Source of the DNA: Phoronis australis
Taxonomy: Eukaryota; Animalia; Phoronida
Assembly (NCBI GenBank): GCA_002633005.1
Contig: NMRA01000010.1
Location: 2,014,924 to 2,078,923, forward strand
Length of the DNA stretch: 64,000 bases
Direction of reading: 5' to 3'
How positions within the stretch are numbered: position 1 is the stretch's first letter; every line of letters starts with the position of its first letter. Under the pieces are notes generated by a model. It was not told the origin of the DNA. It saw nothing but the letters and a program-made list of their open reading frames with translations, and searched no databases. The position numbers and the translations under genes were made by a program. Shown one piece after another: positions 51,201 through 58,025 of the stretch.

Positions 51201-53608
51201 TCGCAAGAGGCCTGTTTATCAGGAAATCTGATCTGAAGTCCTATTGTGTTGAGTAGAGGAGTTACCACATTAGTGATGGTTTCACAACCATAAAACATTG
51301 GCTAAAATAAATTGATATTTGTTGATTAAAACTGTTTGGCTTCAGAAGTTGAATTAGCATAAAGTTCCGGTTTCCTGGTATCTATTGATGAATGATTTAA
51401 GTTACTCATTGCAAAAGGGATAATTGGCTTGCGCCGTGAAAAAGCACAATAGACTAGACTGATATCTGGATTTTGCCCTTATTTAGAAACAGATGTCATC
51501 TGGAGTTGACAATAAACTGGAGGTTTTCGTAATGGGGCAAAATGCTGCTTTTATTCAGGGCATTGCTTGTGCTTCTTCATGGAACTGCTTGGCTTGGTGT
51601 TATCATAGTCTCACCAAATGGGGGTGCTATATCAGGAACAAGTGAACATTTTCTCGTTTCACAAAAGAGCAGTAGCACTCAATTAATGTTTTACCATTTT
51701 CATGTTCCGTGCTGTATCAGTTCTATCATGCCATTAGGGAAGATAAGAAAAATATTGTGCATATTCACGGCAACAATATTGTCTGAAATCAATGAGATTT
51801 TAAAATAGTTGTTCATTTTGTGTGCTTCAATAGAAAATTAATGGTGTTTGATAGTTTATAATGTTTTGCAGGACACTGTTGAAGGACTTGACATACATTT
51901 GTGGAAGTTGCTTCCTGAATCTCAGACCCGTTGCTTATTCTCAACAAGTTTTGGACGCCTTTTTCAATCGCGTCTCTGCTCAGCTGGAAAACATGTCGCA
52001 ACTTCCTGACACAGACAAGAATGCCCTCTACCCAGTGGAACTGTTCTTCCATAGCGAGGTTGAGTCTTACAAAGCTTTGATCAAAACTGTATCGACGGAC
52101 TTGTCAATATTACGACTGGCATCGCGTGCAGAGATAGCATCAACTCCTCGACTTCATGGCATTTTATTGGATGTTCAGGCGAATAATACACCGTCATGCT
52201 GGGGTGAGGTTCTACCCGGTGGTCCAGCCGAGCTGACCAGCTGGATACGCGAACTGGACATGAGAGTTGAACTGCTGAAATCATACGTGGAAGAGCCCCA
52301 GGGAGTTCACGTGTTTAACCTGTCCGTCTTCTTTCGACCGAGGCGATTTTTACAGGCCGTGTTGCAGGCTCACGCTAGAAGGGAGTTCAATGAATTGCAT
52401 TGTTACACCTTCTCCACTCAGGTGAGAAAACACATAGGTGGCGTGCGTTAACATAGAAAAAGAAAAATAGAGTTATAGGTTAGTTATGAAGGACACAATT
52501 CATTTTAAATTCAATAAAAATTAGTGTAAAGTTGCAGAACTCTTGTTTAAAACTTCCAAATGACACTATCAGTACTACGATAATTCTTCACACAAATAAT
52601 TGTCAAATTGTCATTTTTTTACTTTTCAATTATTGATTACTTTGATGAAAAATGGAAACTTAACTAGATGTTGTTTTATCATATCGACACACCGCAAACC
52701 ATGCTAACTAGTGAAAAGACTAAAATGTTTTTTATTCTTTATTTTAATTCGTAGAATTACCGTGAAGATCACTATGGTCAGACATTGATTTTATTTTCTG
52801 AAATTAAAACAGTAGTCCTGCAGCATATCATAAAATGTTATAAGCTTTGTTTGTAGTGTTTTAAGTTGCCTGTAGCATTGTTTTTTCATCAAAGGCTTCA
52901 TTTCTTTTCCACTGCCTATTTTCACGCAATATAGAAATGTTTTTTTCAGCCTGTCCAAGTTCTTGTAGGAAAGGCCTGTCGTGTCATTTTCTGAAGTGAA
53001 TTTTACTCTAGATCTTATTTGTAATGAAGTAAATTGTCCTGTCTTTGTAAGGAAAACTTGAGACATTCTTCAGGGTTAAGTACCCTAGTTTTGACTTTGA
53101 TTTCTGGACAGCTGAACAACCAAGTGCAGCTTTAAATATGTGTTGAAATTTTGCTTCCAAGTTTTGAAGTTCTAGTCAGTGTCTTAATATGTAAATGTGC
53201 ACAGAATCTATCCAATCTCTGTCTTATGAAAGCCTTAACTGACTTTTTCTTCAGTTCCTGCCCATGGGTCTTACTCCGAATTCGTCTGCTGATGCGGGCG
53301 TCTACGTGGGAGGTCTCCAGCTTCACGGAGCCGTTTGGAACACCCAGGAGTCGACCATTGCGTGCAACAGTGAGTGGTGTAGCAACTTACCCATCTTGTG
53401 GCTCAGACCTGTCAATGTGGACGATGTCACGAGAAACGATGGGAACATTACGTGCCCGTTGTTTCACTACAAGCCCACAGCGGCGTCACGTGATAAACCG
53501 ACTCTGTTCGTAGACGCGCCTTGCTCTGGAGACGTGAATCGATTGAAAGAACGAGATATCTTCATAACTTCTGTTTTGCCTGTGTTAGATAAAGTAGAGG
53601 GGCACTAA
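146..53608 (+). CDS. DNHD1: Dynein heavy chain domain-containing protein 1 (DNHD1)-like gene; 5'-partial, about 50 exons
   Basis: Spliced translation gives dynein motifs in order: AAA2 GQPGSGKST and WVVLDG, AAA3 GQPGVGKT and FFLDDLNM, PTPSHSHYLF, RLWCHECTRTFGDRL, degenerate AAA4, stalk/MTBD, AAA5 WPLLVDP, AAA6 GQWLVVQNCHLA, C-terminal GVYVGGLQLHGAVW. Dynein identity is near certain. The DNHD1 call rests on strong divergence, long inserts and the TGRxT AAA4 loop (recalled similarity, not searched). Confidence 0.8.
1756..1985 (+). CDS. DNHD1: DNHD1-like exon
   Basis: actag|AT...AAA|gtaag; EDMCLVHALHKALL...FRNLVRDCFP resembles the dynein AAA1 lid. Confidence 0.9.
2626..2817 (+). CDS. DNHD1: DNHD1-like exon (AAA2 Walker A)
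   Basis: ttcag|ATC...GCC|gtaag; ILQLYTALQSRPGVVLIGQPGSGKST. Confidence 0.93.
2859..3228. mobile_element. Non-autonomous TIR element (MITE) with TTAA TSD, Kolobok-like
   Basis: About 55-bp imperfect TIRs (ggttatctatgaccttaataaatgacctcaactctaagtca... / ...tgacttagagttgaggtcatttattaaggtcctagataacc); TTAA at 2855-2858 and 3229-3232; GG...CC termini. Confidence 0.8.
3474..3488 (+). CDS. DNHD1: Candidate 15-nt microexon (VDVQQ) of the DNHD1-like gene
   Basis: Very long pyrimidine tract, ttgccag|GTTGATGTTCAACAG|gtaatg; phase 0-0 in a phase-0 intron. Confidence 0.5.
5104..5121 (+). CDS. DNHD1: Candidate 18-nt microexon (EDEDEE) of the DNHD1-like gene
   Basis: aaacag|GAGGACGAGGACGAGGAG|gtaact; phase 0-0; purine-rich against T-rich flanks. 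Confidence 0.5.
6447..6709. mobile_element. Probable degenerate MITE
   Basis: Imperfect inverted ends: cctg..tgtttcatgaa..gacttaagaca / tgtcttaagtc..ttcatgaaaca..cagg. Confidence 0.4.
7446..7536. repeat. 32-bp tandem repeat, about 2.8 copies
   Basis: aatgtttctgggtcacaagttaaacaaaggtc repeated. Confidence 0.85.
7958..8143 (+). CDS. DNHD1: DNHD1-like exon
   Basis: ccgtag|CTC (alternative in-frame acceptor 9 nt downstream)...GAG|gtata; ends VEVLTLNPTGRTPAE, the AAA2 LNP motif. Confidence 0.85.
8504..8774 (+). CDS. DNHD1: DNHD1-like exon (AAA2 Walker B region)
   Basis: ttcag|TTG...GATG|gtagg; LYGCFQDGRWNDG...KWVVLDGEMDASWVDGLNGLLD...ANGE. Confidence 0.93.
9122..9701. other. Assembly gap (580 N)
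   Basis: Run of N, followed directly by a (CA)n microsatellite. Confidence 0.99.
9702..9725. repeat. (CA)n microsatellite
   Basis: cacaca... abutting the gap. Confidence 0.95.
9862..10097 (+). CDS. DNHD1: DNHD1-like exon
   Basis: ctctag|G CTT CAG...AAAG|gtaaa (alternative acceptor ending at 9868); LQMLTDLVNDVCRPTLTFLRDEC... Confidence 0.8.
10279..10648. mobile_element. Foldback-type inverted repeat: 167-bp arms with about 21-bp subrepeats, 36-bp spacer
   Basis: 10279-10445 is the near-perfect reverse complement of 10482-10648. Confidence 0.85.
11086..11230 (+). CDS. DNHD1: DNHD1-like exon
   Basis: tccag|AC...CG|gtatg; SMFAFAYIWGFGGHL matches the dynein FxFxxIWxxGG motif. Confidence 0.9.
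12050..12233 (+). CDS. DNHD1: DNHD1-like exon
   Basis: tttag|A...GAG|gtatg; RFDVFARE...CYDIWVD...FVKW...VVIPE. Confidence 0.9.
12704..12802 (+). CDS. DNHD1: DNHD1-like exon (AAA3 Walker A)
   Basis: cacag|ATG...AAG|gtagg; MERYNYLCDILISSHSPVLLVGQPGVGKTSLVK. Confidence 0.93.
13052..13103. repeat. 13-bp tandem repeat x4
   Basis: attatgatgtgaa repeated four times (one variant). Confidence 0.9.
13390..13612 (+). CDS. DNHD1: DNHD1-like exon (AAA3 Walker B)
   Basis: cacag|AAC...ATGG|gtaag; RLLFFLDDLNM. Confidence 0.92.
14495..14626 (+). CDS. DNHD1: DNHD1-like exon
   Basis: ctatag|GA...ACCG|gtgag; GNQPTLDVLREVISQGSVYDR...FIAACTTPG. Confidence 0.92.
14900..15362. mobile_element. Partial copy of the TTAA-MITE family (left end not seen)
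   Basis: Shares gggtcacgtgacYatgtcttttt and aagtccca.tttt blocks and the right end gggtccta.a.aaccTTAA with 38359-38805; start coordinate approximate. Confidence 0.55.
15387..15565 (+). CDS. DNHD1: DNHD1-like exon
   Basis: ttctag|GC...AGG|gtagg; MSSRITRLFTVL, the AAA3 arginine-finger region. Confidence 0.9.
16202..16380. mobile_element. Short interspersed element flanked by a 9-bp direct repeat
   Basis: tctattata at 16193-16201 and 16381-16389; homologous rearranged copy at 41640-41848. Confidence 0.65.
16449..16668 (+). CDS. DNHD1: DNHD1-like exon (AAA3 lid)
   Basis: cccag|GCC...GTCA|gtaag; LRPTPSHSHYLFSYHDISKVIQGL. Confidence 0.92.
17270..17302 (+). CDS. DNHD1: Probable 33-nt exon (RLSRDRDESTL)
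   Basis: ctctctgcttaacag|GA...CTTG|gtaac; phase 1-1, open frame. Confidence 0.6.
18449..18625 (+). CDS. DNHD1: DNHD1-like exon
   Basis: ttcag|AG...GAAG|gttag; RLWCHECTRTFGDRL. Confidence 0.92.
19220..19335 (+). CDS. DNHD1: DNHD1-like exon
   Basis: ttcag|AC...TTG|gtgag; DVLWFEKTLTDTVVKYLC. Confidence 0.88.
20148..20388 (+). CDS. DNHD1: DNHD1-like exon (S/T/P-rich insert)
   Basis: ctcag|GAT...CGAG|gtatg; open frame, phases match neighbours. Confidence 0.8.
21016..21273 (+). CDS. DNHD1: DNHD1-like exon (S/E-rich insert)
   Basis: tttag|GT...GACA|gtaag; ...ESENETESGDSETESSSTEE...; phase 1-1. Confidence 0.8.
22416..22547 (+). CDS. DNHD1: Probable DNHD1-like exon (insert, possibly a cassette exon)
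   Basis: taccag|CC...ACAG|gtaaa; SQLPSVPKADTVLQYLSRLPDPTSYTDVF...; 132 nt, phase 1-1, open. Confidence 0.6.
23366..23416. repeat. 14-bp tandem repeat, about 3.6 copies
   Basis: actgtgccagttgg repeated. Confidence 0.9.
23519..23598 (+). mobile_element. Probable 3' end of a truncated non-LTR retrotransposon or SINE
   Basis: Stem-loop gagggcccc..cagtt-tg-aactg..gggctacactc followed by a (taaa)n tail, as in L2/CR1-group 3' ends. Confidence 0.45.
23666..23844 (+). CDS. DNHD1: DNHD1-like exon (insert with KSLLR...KRAVTF)
   Basis: cacag|AG...CAG|gtagg; open frame, phase 1-0. Confidence 0.82.
24817..24910 (+). CDS. DNHD1: DNHD1-like exon, copy A
   Basis: tgcag|ATA...AAAG|gtaaa; IKGPEEKLTDFLFSKF...; phase 0-1 as required by neighbours. 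Confidence 0.75.
25401..25494 (+). CDS. DNHD1: DNHD1-like exon, copy B (duplicate of 24817-24910)
   Basis: Same peptide; one synonymous change (GGA/GGG); only one copy can be used in frame. Confidence 0.5.
26487..26629 (+). CDS. DNHD1: DNHD1-like exon (start of AAA4)
   Basis: tgcag|GT...CTG|gtaag; VELVFFKEAVLHICRLTRVL. Confidence 0.93.
26757..26852 (+). CDS. DNHD1: DNHD1-like exon (degenerate AAA4 P-loop)
   Basis: ggtag|GCT...AAG|gtaag; SHALLIGLSHSTGRATLARLAAY. Confidence 0.92.
27502..27673 (+). CDS. DNHD1: DNHD1-like exon
   Basis: tacag|TTA...GAAG|gtaac; MKQASYMAGINNRGTVLLI. Confidence 0.9.
28446..28613 (+). CDS. DNHD1: DNHD1-like exon
   Basis: gccag|GA...AAAG|gtgag; GSCPSLYSMTEL...FTAKVKQNLHVIV. 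Confidence 0.92.
29078..29232 (+). CDS. DNHD1: DNHD1-like exon
   Basis: tgcag|GT...GGG|gtgag; CPTFLTHMTCVDVYKEWTSDAFVTVAETWL. Confidence 0.9.
29726..29935 (+). CDS. DNHD1: DNHD1-like exon
   Basis: cacag|ATC...CAG|gtggg; MSYIHKSA...FYTPLTYQEFVHMF. Confidence 0.92.
30648..30818 (+). CDS. DNHD1: DNHD1-like exon (stalk CC1)
   Basis: tctag|AAA...CAG|gtaat; coiled-coil-like KTIERNQCALKRVDEAIEEV. Confidence 0.9.
31345..31440 (+). CDS. DNHD1: DNHD1-like exon (stalk CC1)
   Basis: tttag|GCC...AGG|gtgtg; ALDDCREQELLISQKV...EAKAEFNR. Confidence 0.85.
31847..31992 (+). CDS. DNHD1: DNHD1-like exon (microtubule-binding domain)
   Basis: tctag|ATC...GA|gtatg; PVYSAALAALRALSQHDVEEIRTYREPPQRVILVLQAVAMLF. 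Confidence 0.93.
32030..32948. repeat. About 455-bp tandem near-duplicate across a single N (probably two haplotypes)
   Basis: 32030-32483 nearly equals 32495-32948; n at 32484. Confidence 0.9.
33291..33561 (+). CDS. DNHD1: DNHD1-like exon (MTBD/CC2)
   Basis: ttcag|C...AAG|gtagt; WETSRSM...FYDKNNM...ASKAAASLSLWVHALYNY. Confidence 0.93.
33884..34006 (+). CDS. DNHD1: DNHD1-like exon (stalk CC2)
   Basis: tgcag|CAA...ATG|gtatt; coiled-coil-like. Confidence 0.85.
34717..35361 (+). CDS. DNHD1: DNHD1-like exon
   Basis: tgcag|AAC...CAA|gtaag; LPGDCLLTAAAVTYYGPL...REELMADW, an insert, then FSLEEVLSSFDELSEW. Confidence 0.93.
35988..36168 (+). CDS. DNHD1: DNHD1-like exon (AAA5)
   Basis: tgtag|GAT...GAAG|gtaag; QNALIM...WPLLVDPDNQVELWVK. 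Confidence 0.92.
36422..36590 (+). CDS. DNHD1: DNHD1-like exon (AAA5 insert)
   Basis: tttcaag|CA...GAG|gtaaa (uncommon AAG acceptor); phase 1-2 is needed to link neighbours. Confidence 0.78.
37323..37352 (+). CDS. DNHD1: Candidate 30-nt microexon (RTKRNQFLKPT)
   Basis: ctttcag|AACT...CAAC|gtaagt; phase 2-2, open frame. Confidence 0.5.
38359..38805. mobile_element. TTAA-flanked MITE, Kolobok-like
   Basis: TTAA|ggttatgtaagacc ... ggtcctaaataacc|TTAA; termini like 2859-3228; left end plus flank tandemly duplicated at about 38304-38384. Confidence 0.65.
40229..40419 (+). CDS. DNHD1: DNHD1-like exon
   Basis: tacag|T...AAAG|gtatt; ends LLVIEADDEHLQTKLVTAVVKG (AAA5). Confidence 0.9.
40860..41045 (+). 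CDS. DNHD1: DNHD1-like exon (AAA5)
   Basis: tgcag|GT...CAAG|gtgag; GLTVLV...IRVGHRQLNYHADFRLFMST. Confidence 0.93.
41640..41848. mobile_element. Rearranged palindromic copy of the 16202-16380 element
   Basis: 60-bp inverted arms 41676-41735 and 41789-41848; direct repeat attatgtgaaacagtga at 41626-41642 and 41846-41862. Confidence 0.75.
42557..42741 (+). CDS. DNHD1: DNHD1-like exon
   Basis: tccag|GT...CAG|gtaag; SVIDLAV...VMALEKTEFEGQR. Confidence 0.92.
43387..43699 (+). CDS. DNHD1: DNHD1-like exon (buttress/AAA5 lid)
   Basis: cacag|AAT...ACAG|gtaat; GPILRD...RTPYVPVA...LYDVICEISLSNPLYHVSFKKF. Confidence 0.93.
45209..45444 (+). CDS. DNHD1: DNHD1-like exon
   Basis: aacag|GG...CAG|gtagg; SLFESDILLF...KPQWMDEQ. 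Confidence 0.92.
45946..46047 (+). CDS. DNHD1: DNHD1-like exon
   Basis: ttcag|TCT...ATG|gtagg; SW...LPVFSGL...QWQEYF. Confidence 0.9.
46283..46381 (+). CDS. DNHD1: DNHD1-like exon
   Basis: tacag|CTT...AGG|gtgag; MSLFQKCIIWRFCCAHR. Confidence 0.9.
46879..47044 (+). CDS. DNHD1: DNHD1-like exon (start of AAA6)
   Basis: cacag|ATC...GATG|gtttg; LG...VY...ATPAILI. Confidence 0.85.
47369..47592 (+). CDS. DNHD1: DNHD1-like exon (AAA6)
   Basis: cacag|GT...AAG|gtaca; GQWLVVQNCHLAEPW. Confidence 0.93.
47766..47949 (+). CDS. DNHD1: DNHD1-like exon (AAA6)
   Basis: ttcag|ATG...CCAG|gtaaa; IRPSFRLWCIT. Confidence 0.9.
48668..48801 (+). CDS. DNHD1: DNHD1-like exon
   Basis: cacag|GT...TTG|gtaag; GVLIQHGVKVACDQTMNFKVNL. 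Confidence 0.9.
49525..49809 (+). CDS. DNHD1: DNHD1-like exon (AAA6 lid)
   Basis: gccag|CGT...AGT|gtgag; LSLLHAVL...WNEQD...VYTSHC. Confidence 0.9.
50653..50819 (+). CDS. DNHD1: DNHD1-like exon
   Basis: ttcag|TTG...GCAG|gtttg; phase 0-2 links neighbours. Confidence 0.85.
51872..52421 (+). CDS. DNHD1: DNHD1-like exon (C-terminal domain)
   Basis: tgcag|G...CAG|gtgag; PVELFFHSEV...WIREL...FNLSVFFRPRRFLQAVLQAHAR. Confidence 0.93.
53255..53608 (+). CDS. DNHD1: DNHD1-like terminal coding exon
   Basis: ttcag|TTC...TAA; GVYVGGLQLHGAVW...LPILWLRP...CPLF. Confidence 0.93.
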   Translation, partial: FLPMGLTPNSSADAGVYVGGLQLHGAVWNTQESTIACNSEWCSNLPILWLRPVNVDDVTRNDGNITCPLFHYKPTAASRDKPTLFVDAPCSGDVNRLKERDIFITSVLPVLDKVEGH

Positions 53609-53746
53609 TTAGTGCTCTGGAAGAATATAGCAACTTAGTACCAACTGGAAGCGCCACCTGTAGAGCTTATTCGGTATTCACTCAAGGTCATCTTGTAACC
53701 CACACCTCAAGGGTTTTGTTTCCATGTGTGTTGGTTCGTGGGATGT

Positions 53747-53752
53747 AATAAA
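53747..53752 (+). terminator. Candidate polyadenylation signal of the DNHD1-like gene (another at 54136-54141)
   Basis: AATAAA about 140 nt after the stop codon. Confidence 0.45.
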
Positions 53753-55181
53753 GGATTTCTTCTCAACTCTATGTACATAATATGTATATGCTGTAGTAAT
53801 TGTAATGTGTATATACACTTCATAGTCGGTGCATTTTATTGTTTACAGATATGTACCGTCTTATAGTGATCCATGTAAATACTTTTGCACAATCAAATCA
53901 TTCCTATACTGCGATCCTAAAAACATTCCGTCGTACGATTGTGATATTTATGTGATGCAGGCAATCATTTGCATGTGCTGTTTTACAGTTCAGTTTTGTA
54001 TGCATTCCTTTCCATATCAGTTTGATCCTCAGAATGAAGGCCAATTTGTTGTACTGTGATAATTTAAATTATTAAATATTATTACTTATTTTAAGATATG
54101 AACTGCTGATATTGTTATTTGCAAAACAGTTGTAAAATAAATTTTTATTTCTTCGCTACATATCGAGTTTTTATCTCTCAAACTTAAGGCAACTACAATA
54201 CAGTAAAACTTCCACCAGGTTGTGGTGCCATATGGTACACAAATGGGATCCTATTATGCCAAATTTCTCTACAACTACGTTTAAGGAAATTGTACTTTTT
54301 TAATTGGCCTTTAGCATGCTTTGTTCAGTACATCTGTCTGCAAATATTTTTGTAAAAATTCACACTTTCAAACATCTGCAACAATGCAGTAAGGCTCAGT
54401 GAAAAAATAAGAAAAGTGCAATTTTAGCGAGCATTTTTGTCTCAAGTTGAGTTGATGTAATCATGCAAGAAACGGTCACCAATAACGCTGTCTATTCAGC
54501 TTGTCAAATGTTCTAGTTGAAGTGCTTTCAGAGCTTAAAAAAAGCAAATTCTGAGTTGAACCCTGAGGGCCAAAACTGTTTAATAATAATTTCATGTCGC
54601 ACTACGAAAATTACGTGAAGAAATGAAATGGACACTTAGTAACGCGTAACGAAGATCAGTTGAGAATTAGTCTGCTTGACAAGTGATAAAGCAACTTCTT
54701 TCCAAAGTCTCATTGCACACAAAAATGCAACCATTTGATTCATAATTCTTTTTATTTGAGACAACTTTCAGTTGGTGAAATGAGTTCATTCGTGACATAG
54801 TACTTAGACAGTCACAGAAAATTGATGATGATTGAGATGACACTCTACAAAAATACACCCAACGTAACGTACATGTTTATAACATGGAATAGTCAATACT
54901 AAAATAAAATAACTAGGGTAAATGTTCAACTATTAAAAGCTAACGGACATAGTCAAGCTACACATTTCCCTCCAACAACCTTTCCTAAACTTCAAACAAT
55001 TCATCAAAAGTTAAACATGAACTTTGGATACCTTTATAATACACCATCGTGTAAAAATTAATCATCACAATTAAGTGACGTACACAATAATAAATACTTA
55101 AGTTGAATTGCCACCTGGCATCCTTCAAGAAATATTTGTAACACCAAGAGTTAGCTATGATCACTCTTTTGTATCCATTAT

Positions 55182-55341
55182 CAGGGGCGGATCCAGGATT
55201 TTGAGTTGGGGGGGGGCAGGGCAGAGTATTAGCCAGGATTTTGCCCATCAGACATTTGCACCCCCATACTGCCAAATGGAATATGGGAGAATTTTAGGGG
55301 GGGCATAGCCCCTTGCCCCCTCCCCCTTAAATCCGCCACTG
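55182..55341. mobile_element. 160-bp GC-rich MITE
   Basis: Termini caggggcggat / atccgccactg; inverted diverged copy at 63426-63590. Confidence 0.75.
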
Positions 55342-57365
55342 ATTATATATAGCTCGGAACTTGAAGAATGGAACATTACAAGCTGGCAAACGTTATGATA
55401 AAATATCACAAATTTCGGACGACATTTGACAAACAAGTGAAACTTTTCATAAAAAATAAAATGTATCAAAATGCACTTTATCATACAAAAGTTATCAACC
55501 GTAGCTACCACTTGATGGTTTTCAGAAATTGTGGAAAGGACAACAAGAAGCCTTTGAAAAAAGATCAATTTTGAAAATTATTTTCGAACAAAATTGGTGA
55601 TATTTTACTATTTAAGCAAGTTAGTTGTAAAACAGTTTTAATGTACATGTTATGTCTTGAAAATGACAGTGTCATTAAAATCCTATTTTAATAAAATTCT
55701 GTCATTTTTAATGGATAACAAATATTCTGTCAGTTTGTGGACATGTAACAACTTGCATTGACCGATTTTCAAACTTTCAATCAAATCAAAACACATTTTT
55801 GCAAAGTTTGAAATATTGCAAGGTTTCAAAACAGAAACCCTGTCAGAATATGTAGAATGTTTGGAGACATACGTGATTAAAAAGTCAAACGTACGTCCAA
55901 AAAATGCATAACTTGCATAGTTTTGATTTGCACCACTTTGTAACATGTACCTAAATGTTTAAAGAAAAAAGAACACCTACCCTTATCGTTTTATGGAAGT
56001 TCTTTTTTCCAAAGGCCACTCAAACAAACCTAAATTATTTTTTAACAAATCAGAAACTGGGCAAAAATCACTTCTTGAGACTTTAATCTGGTGTGGTTAT
56101 GACCACATTCACCTGCCGGATTCCTATGATAAAATTAGGCAATACATTCAATGAATTTTACACATCAAAAACCTATTTTAATCGGTTTTTTAAAACACTT
56201 CTGAGATTTCACAATCTTATGACAGCACACTGTTATCCTTATGAAGCCCATTATGTAGCCTCCATTCTTTCAACCAAACAAAACAGTCTATATAACACTG
56301 ACTGCCAACTTCCAGTGCTCAAAATCAATTTTACCAAATTTCTGGTATTAGTAATTTCACAGAAGTTGTCATCTCCTTTGGATACATAAATATGTGAAAT
56401 CATCTTATTGACTAACAGTGTAATTTCTACAAACTGCGTTTGGAACAGATCGAAATATCTTGTACAGGCCCTTTAGGCAAGCAGGGAATCACGACCCACC
56501 TTAGCTAAGACCGTCCCAAGCATGTTGTGCTAAGTTTTGATAACAACAAAGCAATGCACCTGGCATGCACCACGTTCCCACTTCCACTGTCATATACGAG
56601 ATAAATTGGTACGCAAATACCAGTGAATGCACATCCTTAGTGAATAACAGATGCTACCAACTGAGATGCCGAAAACAAAAGAACTAACGACCCTAGGGAA
56701 ATTTGGCTAGTACCTTCATGAAGATTTTTAAAATAATTTACATCTTCCAACACTTCAGGCTGGCTTGACTACCGATATTTAGTCCGTTTTGAGTAAAATT
56801 GGAATTGCATTGACAGCAGGCACCTTGGACTGATTTACAGAATCTTTTCTTGAAATAAGAGTTTGGCCAACTTAGGCAAATGTCAAACACGGTGAGCTTG
56901 GGCCGACTTTTGCTCGTATTAATTTTCGCAACAAAACGTTGGAAGAATCAATTAAAGCACTGTCAAAATATCATTTCGCTAAACACAAAATGGATCGTAT
57001 CAATGATTCTCAACCAGTTTTATGAACTATGAGCTAATGAGTGTTTAAGATTCCATCTACAACAAAACCAAGTGTTGGATCTTTCGTTGTATTTGTACAG
57101 TACGTAACTGAGAGAACAAAATGGCCATTAAAATATTCGACAGAATGTTGTATTGTTAGTACATCTACGTTCCCAAAGATGGCATGGCATAATTCAATGT
57201 CAACTTCAGGGCCAGGGCTTAATCTGTGACCTCAAAACTAGACTAGAAAATTAAAATACTGCATGGCATGTTTAGAGTAAATTTTACAAATCTGAACTCA
57301 AATCAGGCAACGTGCTTGGTTAGTACGTGGGGCCTGAAACAAGTAAAAGAAATGCAGGGATTATA

Positions 57366-57371
57366 TTTATT
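57366..57371 (-). terminator. Candidate polyadenylation signal of PYM1
   Basis: AATAAA on the - strand about 220 nt after the PYM1 stop. Confidence 0.5.
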
Positions 57372-57592
57372 GACATATTTCTCTGTAAAATATATTTACA
57401 ACATGACATTTCACACATGTGACCGTCATATTTAAAAATACTTTACATACAGAAATATAGCATCTATCATAGCAATTGCCTGCACGTTTTCTCAAAATGT
57501 GACCAGATACCAATGTACACTATCATTGCCTGAAATTAAGGAAAGATCCCTACCACGCCAGCGCCACCTGGTGCACAGCGACAAAGCTGCCA

Positions 57593-58025
57593 CTACGTTT
57601 TTAACTCCAACTCTAAATCTTCGAGCTGTGACTGATACTCGGCTTTTCTCATAATCTTTGCCAGCTGATCGGGGTCTGGGTCGGCCAATTCACCAGACTG
57701 AATCTTACGCTGCAAGTCTTCGATCTGCTTCAGTTTCTTATTGAGATTTTTTATCTTCTTGTTGATCTCCTCTGGAGTGGCAACGGCTGTTGATTCTGCC
57801 GGTTTCACCGCTTCGTCAACGGTCGCTGCCTCCATCGAGGATGTTAGCGAACTGACAGCATTTTCGTCAGCTGCGGGGCAAGATACTTGCTGTCGTCTCT
57901 TTTCTTTCCGTTTCGCGTTTTTCTTGGCAGATTTAGACAGGCCAGCTAGCGGGGAGGGTGTATCCACAACAAGCCCGGGACACTCAGGCACGTCTTTCTT
58001 CCACAGCGTACCTTTGCTCTCATAC
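57593..58025 (-). CDS. PYM1: PYM1 (partner of Y14 and Mago / WIBG) terminal coding exon
   Basis: tatag|G TAT GAG...TAG; YESKG...CPG...LSKSAKKNAKRKEKRRQ...KKIKNLNKKLKQIEDLQRKIQSGE...DQLAKI, the typical PYM C-terminus. Confidence 0.93.
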
